Origin: Laetmonice hystrix
Taxonomy: Eukaryota
Reading direction: 5' to 3'
NCBI GenBank assembly: GCA_965235115.1
Contig: OZ249436.1
Span: 13,330,001-13,394,000 of the forward strand
DNA: 64,000 bases
The notes under the pieces were generated by a model, which was not told the origin of the DNA, made no database searches, and saw only the letters and a list, made by a program, of their open reading frames with translations. Below, in pieces: positions 37,401 to 50,909 of the stretch (position 1 is its first letter; the number at the start of each line of letters is the position of its first letter). The position numbers and the translations under genes are program-made.

Positions 37401-40400
37401 GTAAAAGGTTGATCTCCTGCATATCTTGTCAGGAATATGGCGGACCTTGATACTTACCCATACACTGATACAGTGGGACGTTATACTGGATGTAACTGTG
37501 GAACACTGGATATGTAATCGCAATTTGTGACCATGTAAGACAAGATCTACGAGTTTCTAATATCATTGTGACATACGGAATGTACCATGCACGACCCCCA
37601 GATGAGCCACGGATTTACTGTACCAGGGACTAGTCAAATCATGCATTAATCACATGCTTTATATTAACCACACGGCTTTCATTTGGAGAAAGGAGAACTT
37701 ATACAACAATCAACAAAAGGAAACAGTTCCATAAATTTTGCTCAGAATAACGAGTTCTGACACAATCGACGAGGGTCAAACAATCCATTCGCAGCGATTC
37801 CTCTCTCAAAAACAAATCAAAAATTCACATGGCATTTCACTTTGCAGCAGAATAAGGAAAGAACCCGTTTTTTGTCGCAAGTTCCCTTTTCTTTAATACG
37901 AAACTGACATAATCAAAGTCAGCACCCGTCTGTGATCTCTACTAAAAACTCCTACTGAATCCCTGACTGTCTGTCACAACTGCTTGGATGATGAGTACAA
38001 AGAAACTACGGACAGCCCTACCCAACACCTGTACCACAACAGGAACAAAACATTCCGAGAGAATGGTAATCCTAGGTCTCAGCTCTTTAGAGTAAAAACG
38101 AAATTCTTGCAATAGCGAGACATTGGAATCTTCGGGCATTATTGGGACAGGCGTGAGCACTAACTGATGCCGGCTGTTTATCTCCTAATAAATAATCTCA
38201 CCCACGTGTTTCATTCCGACTGCAACCATATAAGTACTCCACTGATATCTTCACCCTTTTTATATTTCATGTTTCACCTTTTTTTGCGCACGCGGGGGGG
38301 GGTCATCAGTTACAGTATAGTAATTTGAGATTCGAATAAGTGAGGAACTGAACAAAACTTCCCTTCCTTTCACCTTCCTTTCAGGGGCTAAAAGGGGCAC
38401 TAAATATATACTGGGCCACTTCGACACCATATTCTCTACGACTGTATGTATGAGCTTTTATCCTAAAGCACCAATACGTGCAGAGCGATAATAGGAGAGT
38501 GTATCTGTTATTGTATAGAGTTCCCACAGTATGAAGACCTATTTCACCCATTACTGACCACTAATGACCCCCTGCATGTCATTATTCTGTTCCCGTTTCC
38601 TCCATCCGATCTAGTCCTCGACGTTTTCGTTGCATCATGTGGGATCCTATAAACACTTTATTACGGCTCTACAATTTACGATAGGACCACAATTTCTAGC
38701 GCAAAGGAGAAAACTGTAGGATTCTAGCATTCTATCACTTTAGTGTATTATAGTTTAGATATTTCCACAGTTATTTACGTTCTCTGGGCTCTCAATCACC
38801 AATTTTCACTGAAGCATAATGTAGTACGCATTTTTTATGGGCAAGTTCACTGAATTAAACATACACAACAGGATGCACTATCATTTTTAAAGGGCATCCT
38901 TTATGACTTCTATTACCCATTTATTCGGAATCCAAATTATAATAAATTCCAGGGATATGAGGACATGTCGGGTATTTTTAAGCAGTGAATTACATGGCAC
39001 ATTTACCAGTCATGTGACAATTTCCCCTGGCTATGACTAACGGCACATCCATACCGGGACTCATGGAACTGGGACCGCCTAAACCAGTCTAAAGCTCCTT
39101 ATATACCACACGTATATTCTACATCTACCAAGTTAAGTATAAATAAGACATGACCGAAAGTGTGCTGTATACTTTGAGTAAATCGGGTATTTCAAGTGTT
39201 TACTTGAAATCATGGCACACGACAAGCCTTATGTTACTATTCGGCAGGAAGAATATATCTCTGCTGTAGTCGGCGAAGCTAATGGAACGCGAAGCATGGC
39301 CCAAATATCAATAATTACCCCTGGTACTTCCTGCTGCAGGCTATAGGCCACCACATTCATCTTAATTTTGGTAATTATCCCTAAATATTATGAATCAATT
39401 AGTGTTCCCCCTATAATTATGTCAGAGGGTCAACCATGGTGTCATCTGATTTTTCAGAATAAGGTGTACACTGTACATATATAACAGAGACGCTACCCTC
39501 ATTATTTTGTGGGGATGTACGATATACTTGTGCTTCAAACAGATGATTCCATAGAATTTATAAAAATCAATCATGACTTCTGAGACTGAATGCAACGTAA
39601 CGCAGTAATGTCATTCAGAAACATTGCTCCATTTTTCTCTGATATCCAGGTTGATTCTCCATCAATGCAAATTTCCCGTTTTGTCGCTCTTCAGTTTTAA
39701 AATGAATCGATGAATATTCAAACTTGAACCTTTCTAAACTGAAGGAAGGCACGTACGCGGGAGGCCAAACATCAGGCAGCATATTCATGCATACCTTTGT
39801 TCTGCCACAGGTTCCTCGATCTCGTTTGAATTTGACAACGGCTCTTAAGTCATCCACTGTGTGTTTTTATCACACTCCAGCTGTCCTAGCGAGCTGTCAG
39901 GAGATGTGTATATCATGAGGAAACCATGAGAGTTAACGGTTTTCATCTCACTACATAAATATCATTAAAGGCTGACATTAGGTTTTTATATGGGACACTA
40001 ATAACTACACCTCTGGACCTTTGCAATATGTAAAACTGTCTGTCATATTAGATTTTTTTACAGAACTTATGGTTTAGACTAAATGATAGTCACGGAGTAT
40101 TATAACATGACTCGAGTTTTGAAACCTGTACACTCCGGTACTTCAAAATTAGCTATAAAAATACTTCTATATTATAACAATAATCCAACCCCTTAAAAGA
40201 CTTCTGGTACTTCTAGTAGATTAGTTTGTGCTAACAGTATTAGTCACAGGAAGCTCACAAGTTTCCCCCTGAAATCCTGCCAACCATTGCCTAACTCTCC
40301 CGGGTCACTGGAGCAGGTTTCAGTCTGAGGCTGCACTAAACAAGCCATAGGATGTGGCCCATTTCCTTCAGGATTGTTGCTGCATGAGTTTCATCTTCCC

Positions 40401-41299
40401 TGCTCTAGGTTATGCCACAAGCTGGTTCCCTGACGATGCCTGGTCAGCCACCGTGTTCATGTTCTCCCACAGAGAACGTGGTCCAGGGACGGCAGAACAC
40501 GGGAACAGATGTGTGAGGAACACGGGAGGAGCGGCGGGGACCGGGCCTGGGTGGGGCGGGCAGGGGGCGGGACGGGGGCCGGCCAGGTGTGTTGTCGTGG
40601 CCGCTGATTAACCGGCGCCACGCGGCCACTGGTCGGCCAGCTGTAAAAGTAATAAGGATCTCGGCACCAGCAAACATGCCGTAACCAGCATGATGAGAAC
40701 CCCCATGCCTGCCATGGTCCCGGTCAGTGTAATTGTATTGAAGGTCTGGGACCAGGGCACTGTCAGCACTCCACAACCACTAACTCTGAGAGCGGCCCCA
40801 GGCAGGCAGTCGGTGGTTCGGTCCTAGCGGTACAGAATCGGGTTGTACGGACTGATTCAGACTGGAGGCAATCTTTAAATACCCATGTGGGGGTCTCTAT
40901 CCATCCAGTCATGGGCCACCATCAATCAGCAGCGTAACTATTAAAGTACCGGTCCTCGCTTCTCTAATATATTTAGTCTGACGTAATGGCTTTGGCATGT
41001 TTTGACGTGAGTGAATTATCGCTTTGGGATGCATCAACGACTGTGACGTTAAAAGGGCCCGTGAAAGTCTCAAATCCACGAGGACCTCTCCGTATTCTCA
41101 AATCTTGCAAAAAAGTCTGTGCAGGTTTCCTTCCAGTGAACTTCAACCCCCTCAGGTAGATGCTAATCCATTTCAGAGCGAGCTAATTGAAAAGTTCATA
41201 CGGCACAAACGTTCCACCGTCCAAAATCCTCATGAGGCCCATCTACTACCTGAAGTCACGTGCCCGCATTCACTCGATCTGGGCCTCATGTTGATCTCC

Positions 41300-41600
41300 T
41301 CTCGGCAATTTGGGGTCTCAAGTCAGGAATTACACCGGGCCTCCTACCCCGGCATCCCATCTTCTGGCAATGACAAGGAAATTGCTGAGGAATGACTTGG
41401 GGCCGTGCTAATTCTGGCGGGTTTGTGTTGAGAAGAGGGTGGGCCCTTCCTGGTAGCTTCCTGTGAGATGGGATTACTGGCGGTGTGCCGACTCTGGTGG
41501 GCAGGCCAAGCTCGCCCCAACATTGAAACACTGGTGCTCTGCCTAACTCTGGCCTGTACCGTCCACTTAACCTGCCTATACTCAGGCTGGCGGTGAGCGT
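41300..41600 (+). mobile_element. Possible RTE-like LINE 3' remnant
   Basis: Weak motifs LAGLC, GRP and NIETLV in the order expected for an RTE RT C-terminus; very eroded. Confidence 0.2.
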
Positions 41601-42265
41601 GGTGCAGCTGTTGTCACTCTCCGGCAGATCTCCTATGTCGACTACTGCTTCAACTCGCCGACTTGACTTAAAAGCTACCGTCCCTATTGATGCTGACTTC
41701 GTTAGTACGGACTCATGTTCTGGTGCTACTATTTAAACTATTTATTTTGTATTTATCAGGTTTTTCTCCTGGTGCTATCGATTTTTGCTGTTATTAGGTT
41801 TGCGCCCTGGTGTTACAAGTTTATTCTATTTAAATGTATCAAGTTCGCGCCTTGACACATACAAATCTTATGGTAAGGAAACTTGAAGAATCACAATACA
41901 CGCCCGAGGTGGGAATGTTATTGCCATGAAGAAAAACTGGCGTCAAGTGATGTGGACACATCCCACCGGTAATTTAGATTCTTGACAGTGAAACATATGG
42001 TACAAATCGTAGCTGTATTCCCATGGTGGCGAGTCTTTCATCACTTGGGTTATTAAATAACGCTGCCAGGAAGCCATTAATGTATCGGTTACAAGGAACA
42101 ATAAGGATGCTGGTTGACGACTGAAGGCAACCAGTTGAGTTCCTTATCAGGCCTGGTTGGTACGTGAAAGCGGCAGTTATTGATGTGGGCAGTCTGATAG
42201 CCGGTCTGCTGTAGTCGTCACGTTATCACTCAGCACCCACTCCTACCCGTCCCTCCATCCATCAC

Positions 42266-42316
42266 GTCCCGCTCGGTCCCGCTCGGCCCCGCTCGGTCCC
42301 GCCCGGCTCCGTCCGG
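42266..42316. repeat. GC-rich 10-bp tandem repeat
   Basis: About four copies of tcccgctcgg or variants, then degenerate copies. Confidence 0.85.
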
Positions 42317-43530
42317 CAATCGGCCAGACGACCGTTCCCTCACTGACCCACCCTGATAGCGGGTTTCCTTTCAAGAACGTTTCCCGTGTAGCAACCAATC
42401 GGCAGCGCTTGCAATAACAACCCCAAAGCCCTTCCGGGAAAATTAAATTCAGACAATGTGCCCGTCCAGAGGGTTTTTTTTACAACTACAAATAATATAT
42501 GGCACAAACTGTTCTTATGGCGCTTCATTTCATTATAAATATTGGATTGCTTGAGTACCGCTGCCTGTCCGTGTGCTGCATACGAATGCTGTATTCAGTT
42601 GTATGTAGAACCCAGCGATGGACTTCTGGGGTACTCACCCTGCCTCATGGATTATTTAAGTCCATGTTCACTTGACCCTGAACCTTCACCCTCCAGGCGC
42701 CCGTTCTAAGACCAGTATGGATCAATAACTGGTCCACTATGTGACCACGGTGGGCCCTAACTCTATATATCGATGTCAGAAATAACAAGAACAGAATAGT
42801 ATGAAGTCAAATCCTTTCCTTACACCAATTAACCTAGAAATAGTTACCCCCAATCCTAACGCAGAACACTGCTATGGCCGGCACGCTTAAAGTTACAAGC
42901 AAATTAACGTATATTTTTCTTCCGACTAAATAGGTTAATGTTCTGTCAGACCAAATGACTCATCCCTCTCAGGCCGTCTGTCAGTATTAGTATTTTCCAG
43001 TTTTATTTAAAACTATGACACTGAAACGCCACATCAGTTCAATTCCCCCAAATATTTCTATCACATCCATAACATTTTTCTTTCCCGCTGTACACCCATC
43101 CCTTACCCAACACCACATATAAGCAGTATATGGAAAGTCGTGTTTTTCTCAGGCGAGACTAAGTGATTGCTCAGTAAGCGGTTTTCTACCATACGGTAAT
43201 ATGGGTACATTTCATCCACTTTCGGAATGAACTGCATTTGTGACTTGCCATGTGAATTAATGAAACACATCCTCGTTCGTGAAACGTGATGCTGAAACCC
43301 CGCGGGCTCATCTGTATTGAAACTGTGCGGTCCACTGTGACCGACTACGGCAGCCTCAAGATAAACCGACTGTGCCTCTACACACCTGTGTTCAAGGGGT
43401 CGTACACATGGGACTATCCCTGACCAGTAGGGGGTGAGCGACACATCATGGAAACAGTCCCTGATTCAATCCGTTTTATACAGTGTGGGGCTGAGCACCT
43501 CCACTATGAGCAACATTAAACTACCATCAC

Positions 43531-43642
43531 CTGTCTCTGCATGTTGTGTATCGTCTCGTCGGCGTCTTCGGCTGAAGATGCAAACTGCAGCACGCCCTGG
43601 TGTGCATCTTCGTTCCCGTAGAAGCCAACGCCGATCGCTCCG
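43531..43642 (-). CDS. TTYH: Tweety exon 3 (GFYGN motif)
   Basis: ggtttcttccag|CGGAGCG...AGAGACAG|gtgatg; 112 nt, phase 2 to 0; GAIGVGFYGNEDAHQGVLQFASSAEDADETIHNMQRQ. Confidence 0.95.
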
Positions 43643-46379
43643 CTGGAAGAAACCAGAGACAGGATGGAGATTAGTTGGCGAGGTGAATGTTAAAACTTGT
43701 ATGTGGTAACATTGAGATTACATAGCTACCCTTCTCATGACAGTTTATTGGATAATAAGTGCCTGACTTGAATCTCAACGGTTTCGCGCGGAAACTAGCT
43801 ACCCTTAGCTAAAGTAAAACTTGTGGCCACCTTCTTGCGGTTATTAGGAACACTGCAGGAAGTGGAAATTTTATGACATACTTCTGGCTCCTGTTTTTCC
43901 TGGGCCGTATACTTCGGGAATATGTGCTGAACTCAAAAATTAACGCTATAATGTGAAAACAAAAACTGGTTAAGGGGCGTCACCCATACTTCTGCGAAAT
44001 CACCTTTCAAAAAATCATAAGTTTTCTTTCAAATATCATTATTCATCTGGGTAAAGGAGTATTCCTCAAAGCTGAAATATCCAGTTGTGCGATGAGTTGC
44101 CACGGTACCGAGATAACACGTGAACCACCCCCACTCCCTACAGATCGGAAAGAAAACTAATATGTTCCAAGAAACTCGAGCTGGCGACAGGAGGAATGTG
44201 GCAGACAGAGTTTGCGTGATAAAACCTGCTAACTTGTCTGAGCCAGTAGTTGTGCTCATCTGTCACATGACTGCAAGGTCAGAAAGAGTAAAAAAAAAAC
44301 CTCGCCTGGCTCATATTCGACATGCACGAGCTATGACATATGGATTAAAAACAAGTACCAGAAAAAGATCCGATCTTGACCTTTAACCCCGGCTATGTGA
44401 ATCAAGACTGGGCGACAGGTATGGCTATTAAACATCATTCTAGTTGGACAGAAACAGTTCCGGATTTGTAGAATTTATTTGCCCCACCACATGTTTCAAG
44501 TTGGAGAATTCTAAACTTAATTCTAAGCTATTTTTTATATGAACAATCGCCGCTTACCACCGTTTCTATAGACAACGTTATACAACCGACAGATCTATAG
44601 TGGACAGAATTTGACGTATACAATCTCATTTTGCGGCGGTAACAGAGCTATAGTTTATTATTCCCTGGAAGCAACCTGCTTCCTTCCCCTGAGATAGTTG
44701 TGTCCTGCAAATAATGCTACCCCCTGATCGGTGCCATCTCCATGGCGATTTTTAACTCCAGCAAACGCCATTAACTCCCAGTCGATCGTCCAACGCACTC
44801 TATCTCACGCCGGCTTGGCATTCTTCACGTCGGCAATAAAACAGATGGCTTGACCAAAAAAAAAAGAAAGAAAGAAGAGACTCGTCCTCTAATGTCCCCA
44901 AGTGTAACCTTTCTTTACAGACAAGAGCCCATTACGTGGTCCGAGCATGCCCGCTGCCTCGAGCTACATTCTCCAGGCCTTTCCAGCTGCACATACAAAA
45001 TGACAGCACTTCAGAAGAAGGCTATATTTTGCAGACAACATAAGTTGCGTAGGTCCTGCTGCCACTGCGCTTTTTCAGGTGCCCCATTCAAGGATATACA
45101 AACATCAGCCACTGGACGTGACGTCCTAAGTATGCAATGTGTCTTATATCAACAAAAGGTTACGGCGGAAAACGATTTATAAAGATGTCTCCCATTGTAT
45201 ATTATCTAAAATTCGGCATTCGGCTCAAAGCCACAGCTCGGTGAGTCGCTCTGCTTCTAAATAAACATACCAGGAAAATAATCATTTCTGTTAAATGTGC
45301 ACGAATACAGCAGGAGAAAAACACATTCATGAGACCTTTTTATGACTCCAATATATGAGCACTTCGTATTGTCTAATCTTCACGGCCATTTACTAATTTA
45401 CACATCGCACATTAAGGAAACATTAATCATGAAATGACAGCGTCACCTTTCCCTCTCCACTCACCCTCTCTTGTCGGTAAAAAGGTTGTCGGTAAAAAAT
45501 CTTCACCTCAACAATAGAGTTTTAGAATGAACAAAGATGTCTATAAATATACATCTAACACATAGCACTCAATAATATAACTTCAACCCCTTACATTTGT
45601 TTCCAGCAGGTTATTTTGCCTCCTTTACCCTTCACTCTCCAACTGGTGTGGATTTGCAAGCATCTCTGGTAACTACGGAGATCTTTTCCCTCTGATATTA
45701 ACATTGAGTATGGACCTCCCCATTACCGTTGATAGGGCCTTTTCTTTAGGCAGGTACACGGTTATATCTACGATGTCGGTGGAAGTGTACAACCTCCTAG
45801 GTCATGTTCATCACTAGCGTCATGGAACGTTCAAAGGACTGTCGGGAGGCGGGGGAGGGAAGGACTACTGCCTGAGGTAAAGGCTGACCAACAACCTTGA
45901 AATTACATGTAGGCAAGGCTTGGCAATACAGAAAAAGGTAATGTAAAAGGCTGCCGTTAATAGAAGCATCACCTGACTGACTTCTGAAGTCGGCCACCAA
46001 CATAACGCTGGCGGCCTGACTGATCCTGGTCGACAGGATTCCCCCAGCTCTAGAAGGAGGAGAGTGGGGGGGGGGGGCGTATTACGATTCCATAAGGCCT
46101 CATCTCTCACACTGGCAGGGCAATCTCATGGCCAGAACGGACATCTCCAAAATGACTGCATTCTCCAAATTCAGACTCATGGGGCCCCAATTTCCACCAC
46201 ATCTGCAGCCTTATCTCAACAGAAAGACGACAAAGTCCTGTCCGACACCTTCTCGTCCCTAAAGCCATTCTTCCCCCAACTGACTGCTGCCTCTCCAGGC
46301 CTGCCATGGTGTACGCATCGTCTCCTAGCAACAGTTAATGTAGCGGTGATGAAACCCTCACGTGGGCGGTAAACACTTG

Positions 46380-47400
46380 GTTACAGACGAGGGTACCGTC
46401 CGCCAGTCAGTACATAATCTCCACCACATCGATACAGCCCGACTCTCCAGCATACACATGACCCTCTTCCGACAGGAAAAGTCACCAGAAGCCATCCAAG
46501 AGCTAGCACTAAAGTCCGTACTAATAACTCCTCGAATTCAGTTTTGATGACAGACTACCATTCTGAAAGTAATCTGACACTGATCCACCAACCTCAAATT
46601 GATATAACGATGTGTAGTTTTAACTCCAAGAAACATTGATAGGCAAATATGCTACTGGTACTGCTTCATGGCCAAGGCAAGAAAGAGAAATTCTAGAGTT
46701 CAATTTTCCTAAAAGGCGAGATGCAGGAATTGTGCAGGCTTCTGTGAGAAACAACATACAAATGGACGCCAACAAATATGTGACAAGTTGCACTGCTACA
46801 GCAATTAGCTGGTTTCTCTTTACGGGCATCTTAGTGAAAGTGCCATTCTATCCCTGGCAAAGGACGGACGGAACTTTCCTGAGCAAGAGAAAACTTTCCT
46901 TTCCCCTTGTCAATCAATCTCGCTGCTTGCTACAGTTCGAGAAAACTGCTAATGGGCAATAATGGATACCACTCCATTCAACAGCTACCTCTTACAAATC
47001 ACATCAATGTACGAGTCAATTATTATATGAAAAGTATCTTTCAAAGAATATTCAACTTTTATATCCTGACGTCTGAGATCACCAATTCGTTGCGACTCTT
47101 ATCTTTGGCTCTTATAATTATTCCTACTGGATCTCTTTGTCACATGATCACCGATTCAACCACCTTTTTAAACTGCCAATCGTTCTATTGTATGTTGGCT
47201 TCGTTATATGAATACAATTTTATGTAGGAGACTTCTGTCACTATACAGATTACACAGGAATTAACTATAGTAAAGCTATGCCTCATAGGGTAGCAGACTG
47301 CTTTACTGAATGCTTTCTGTAGGGTATTTGATAATGCTCATACACAATACTAAGGTCTAAGATAGGATGTATGTTAAGTAAGGCCTTGATGTATGGTTTC
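46380..47400 (+). mobile_element. Degenerate RTE-like LINE RT fragment
   Basis: LFKLPIVLLYV (47164-47196, cf. LF...VES.LLYG) followed by DCFTECFL (about 47296, cf. DGCYTRML). Confidence 0.35.
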
Positions 47401-50400
47401 CTCAACAGGCAGCTGCTTTACATTTTGGGGCTACAAATAACAAGCAAATGTAACTCATACGGGAAGCACGGCGTTGGATGGAGGCCCTACTTTCAGATAA
47501 GGGCAATGAACAGATTACTGAGGAAAAGACAATAAACATTACATTTTTTGTTGGGGAAAACACTGCCACTTCCACCGATTTGTTAGAACCGAACGACGAC
47601 TGCCTCCATGCAAGAACTTTAACAAATTAATTAAGAATATATTTCACTCGCCACGCAGTACGATTTATTATTTTCGAAAATAGTCAGATTCTCTTCACAA
47701 AGCTTTCATGACAGTGGTTAAATCTCACTTGACCCGCCACTTCATCTCCAATTTTAAATGCTCTTTTTCTTTTACTTTCATCTGTATGTGGATGAAAAGA
47801 TACCATTTGTGAAAGGAACAGCAAACGAAAAGATGGCCTTGTGTATAGGGTACTGTACATTCCTTGTGTTTTTCTGTGTTATGAATTATGATGAAGGACT
47901 GAAGTACTGAATTAGTGAAAAATGCAGGCATAGACCAAAATACATGATTCTTTGAAGAACAATCAGAATTTTCTATCCAATCCATGGCATCAGTACATTG
48001 TGACCAATCAGGCAATGTGGATAGGATATGCAACAGAGCTCTGGTTTCCATCTGTAAGACGCCCATTGAATCCCAACATGCCGAGGTTTTACTGGTAATA
48101 ACAGTACACAGTCTCACGGCTTTCGAGATCAGAATAACTCTACCTTCCATGATATGGTACACTAGGAAACACGACGATACATCCAACAATACTGCTTTCA
48201 GGGCTACCTGCAAGCCCATGGGGGGGAGACTCCCCACCCAAAAATCAGTTACTCCTCTCTTTTCTGACTTTATTTTTTCAAAATGCTCCACCCAAGGTAC
48301 CCCCAAGTCCTTCAAACCCCCCCCCCCCCCCCAAAAAAAAAAAAAAAAAAAAAACCTGTGCTTTTGTCGAATGAACAGATGAGGATAGAAATCAATGACT
48401 GCTTACAATCATTACGTCTTCTAACGTATACTCATTTAGTCATAGAAATCTTCCAGACGTAGACAAACCGAGACATGTCAGATAAATTACTGACATGAAA
48501 ATACCTCTGTATTTGTTCAATCCCTACTGGTATGTGAACATCTTCGAAGTGAGCATGCATACGATACGGGTACTTTTCATACGGGCAAATTTTTTTCGTT
48601 TGCAGAGTTTTAGAGTATTTCGGCGACAGGATCTGCGACACCTCATGCCGAGACCAGCGCCCATCTCCTAAAGTTGTCCCAGTTCCATTCACAGTGGTCT
48701 GTCCTGAGTGCGGTAGATTATAAATCACCTCCAGCGAGATGCAGGCTGGCTTTGAACCCGATTACCTACCTCAGCCTGGCCGTCATGTCCGAATGGGCGT
48801 GACCATCCATCAGTCTCCACGGATCACTGACCTCGGACTCAGCCACCACACGTCATCATCTTTATGACCCTCCCAAAACCACTGCAGGAAGCGGCAGTGG
48901 CAGCAACATCATCCCCCCTCCTCCCCCGCCGTCAGCCACCCTTCCTGACGGGGGTCATCTAGAGATTTGTTCTCTCTCCACCGGACAGTTCCACTCAGTG
49001 TATCTATTACTGATGGACGTTCAACTTGAGCAAGGGGACGATCCACGGCTGACTTACATCACTGTGAGGCCAGATGTACAGTAGGTCAGTCGTAAAACGT
49101 ACCTTGGAGGATAGCTTCTATACAGCCAATAATATCCGTGAATCCGCTCACCTCATGTAACTACATTGTAATTAAATACATTTTTTCACATGTCACTCTT
49201 ACAATTCTAATCACATACACCACCAATAAGGGTAACATTTGGGGAATCTGCATGGAATATATCAGACTGTAATTTTGCTGAAACGTCTGATGTAAAAACT
49301 TCCTGTTAAAAACGAAAACCTCTTTCTTCTTAGCAAACCAAGATGGGCATGATAGGAGGAACTTTGTGGACATAACTGTAATCTCTTCTCCTGTCTCTTT
49401 GTCTCTCGGTTTTCCTTTAAAAAGCTTTTCCCAGAGGAATTGCCAACAGCCGCTTTTAAGCTGCCCCAATCGTGGGAAATTACCCGAACGAACAGACGCA
49501 TTTACAATCGGAATGCATCACCTCTAATGCCAGTGTTTGACACTTTTTCCAAGCGTTAGCTTTTGCCACGTATTTACTTTTACATGACAACGGTTTAATT
49601 GAATGTTGGAGGCTTCTGTTTTATCTGGCGCTTTAATATTTGATGCTTTCCGCCCCCAAAATATTCGTAGATTTCATGGTACGAAAACAAATACGATCTT
49701 AAACACACATGCACTCGTTTACGGTTAGATTTTCTAACACTACATTTTGGATGCATTTTTCTGGTCCCAATACGAACGTCTATCTCTATACATTTCACAG
49801 GATCAAATTTCTACAACCAGGAAACGGAAGTAAGGGTATCAAAGTTCCATCCTAATCAGCAATGCCATATATGCACTGCTACGGTTTCCATGGTTTGTCA
49901 GCCTTCATTATCAGCACCACTGACTCTGACAACTAAGGCCGCTTAAAACAATTTCCTGGTTTTACACCACCTCCTGCACCCACACAAAGATGCCGAATCA
50001 ACTTACATAGTACTAAATATGATCGTTTTCGAAATAATTCCTTGTTGCCTTTTTCTTTGTTTCTTCTTTTTTTAATATAAATATATATCTTTTGACAACA
50101 GTACGGAGCCTACACTGCAAAAACAAAATGTAAACTGGACGAATTTAGTATTACAGAAGAGCCAAATCAACTCACTTTGACACAACATACATATTTCAAG
50201 AACGTTCAAACGAGAAACGAAACTGGCACTTGTTTTTATTTGGCCTAAAGGCAGGTTCAGAGCTGGTGATCTACGAGTTTGGTGGGCGCGCTGCCAGTGG
50301 TACCAGCTCCACCCAGCGACCGGAGCACCTGTGACAGGACTGATGATGGCAGCAGTACGATCTAGACCAACAGCCTCGTAACTCCGAGTGTGAGGATGGA

Positions 50401-50880
50401 CGATGTCAGGCCCGTCCTCCTCCCTCGGGCCGTGTGTCCCATCTACCTCATCCACAGTACCCGTCATCAACCTACACACAATCATCAACTGCTACTCCCT
50501 GACCGCCCATAGATTCTAAATCACTTGATCAAAATGTAGAACATGACTTTGATAACGTTACTTCTTGTACTATGTTCAGGTGATATTCTCAAAAAATCTC
50601 CCTTTTTTAGGGGGGGGGGCGGTTATCTTTGGAATGAGGAACTAAACTTGAACAATCCTACCCGAAAAAGGATTTCTCTAATTTATTTGTAAGGTTCTTT
50701 CTATTTCATCCAAAAGTTACGAAACTACAGACTGGCTGTACAAAGCCAAGGATTAACATAATTAGTCTACTAATTATGGTAAACATAATACATTATTCGA
50801 CGAATCTGATAATGGTATTTACGACAAACACACAGCCTACAAATGGCTGTTGTTCTCAATATCTCGGCGGCGTGGAGGTT

Positions 50881-50909
50881 GGGGGTTGGGGGGTTGGGGG
50901 GTTGGGGGG
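50881..50909 (+). repeat. (G5-6TT)4 tract
   Basis: gggggttggggggttggggggttgggggg. Confidence 0.9.

Noticed and set aside
39615-39857. ORF with AYVPSF...GYQ as candidate tweety exon 1
   Set aside because: It lies inside intron 3 (downstream of exons 2-3), lacks W/LH/PH, and has no donor after YQ
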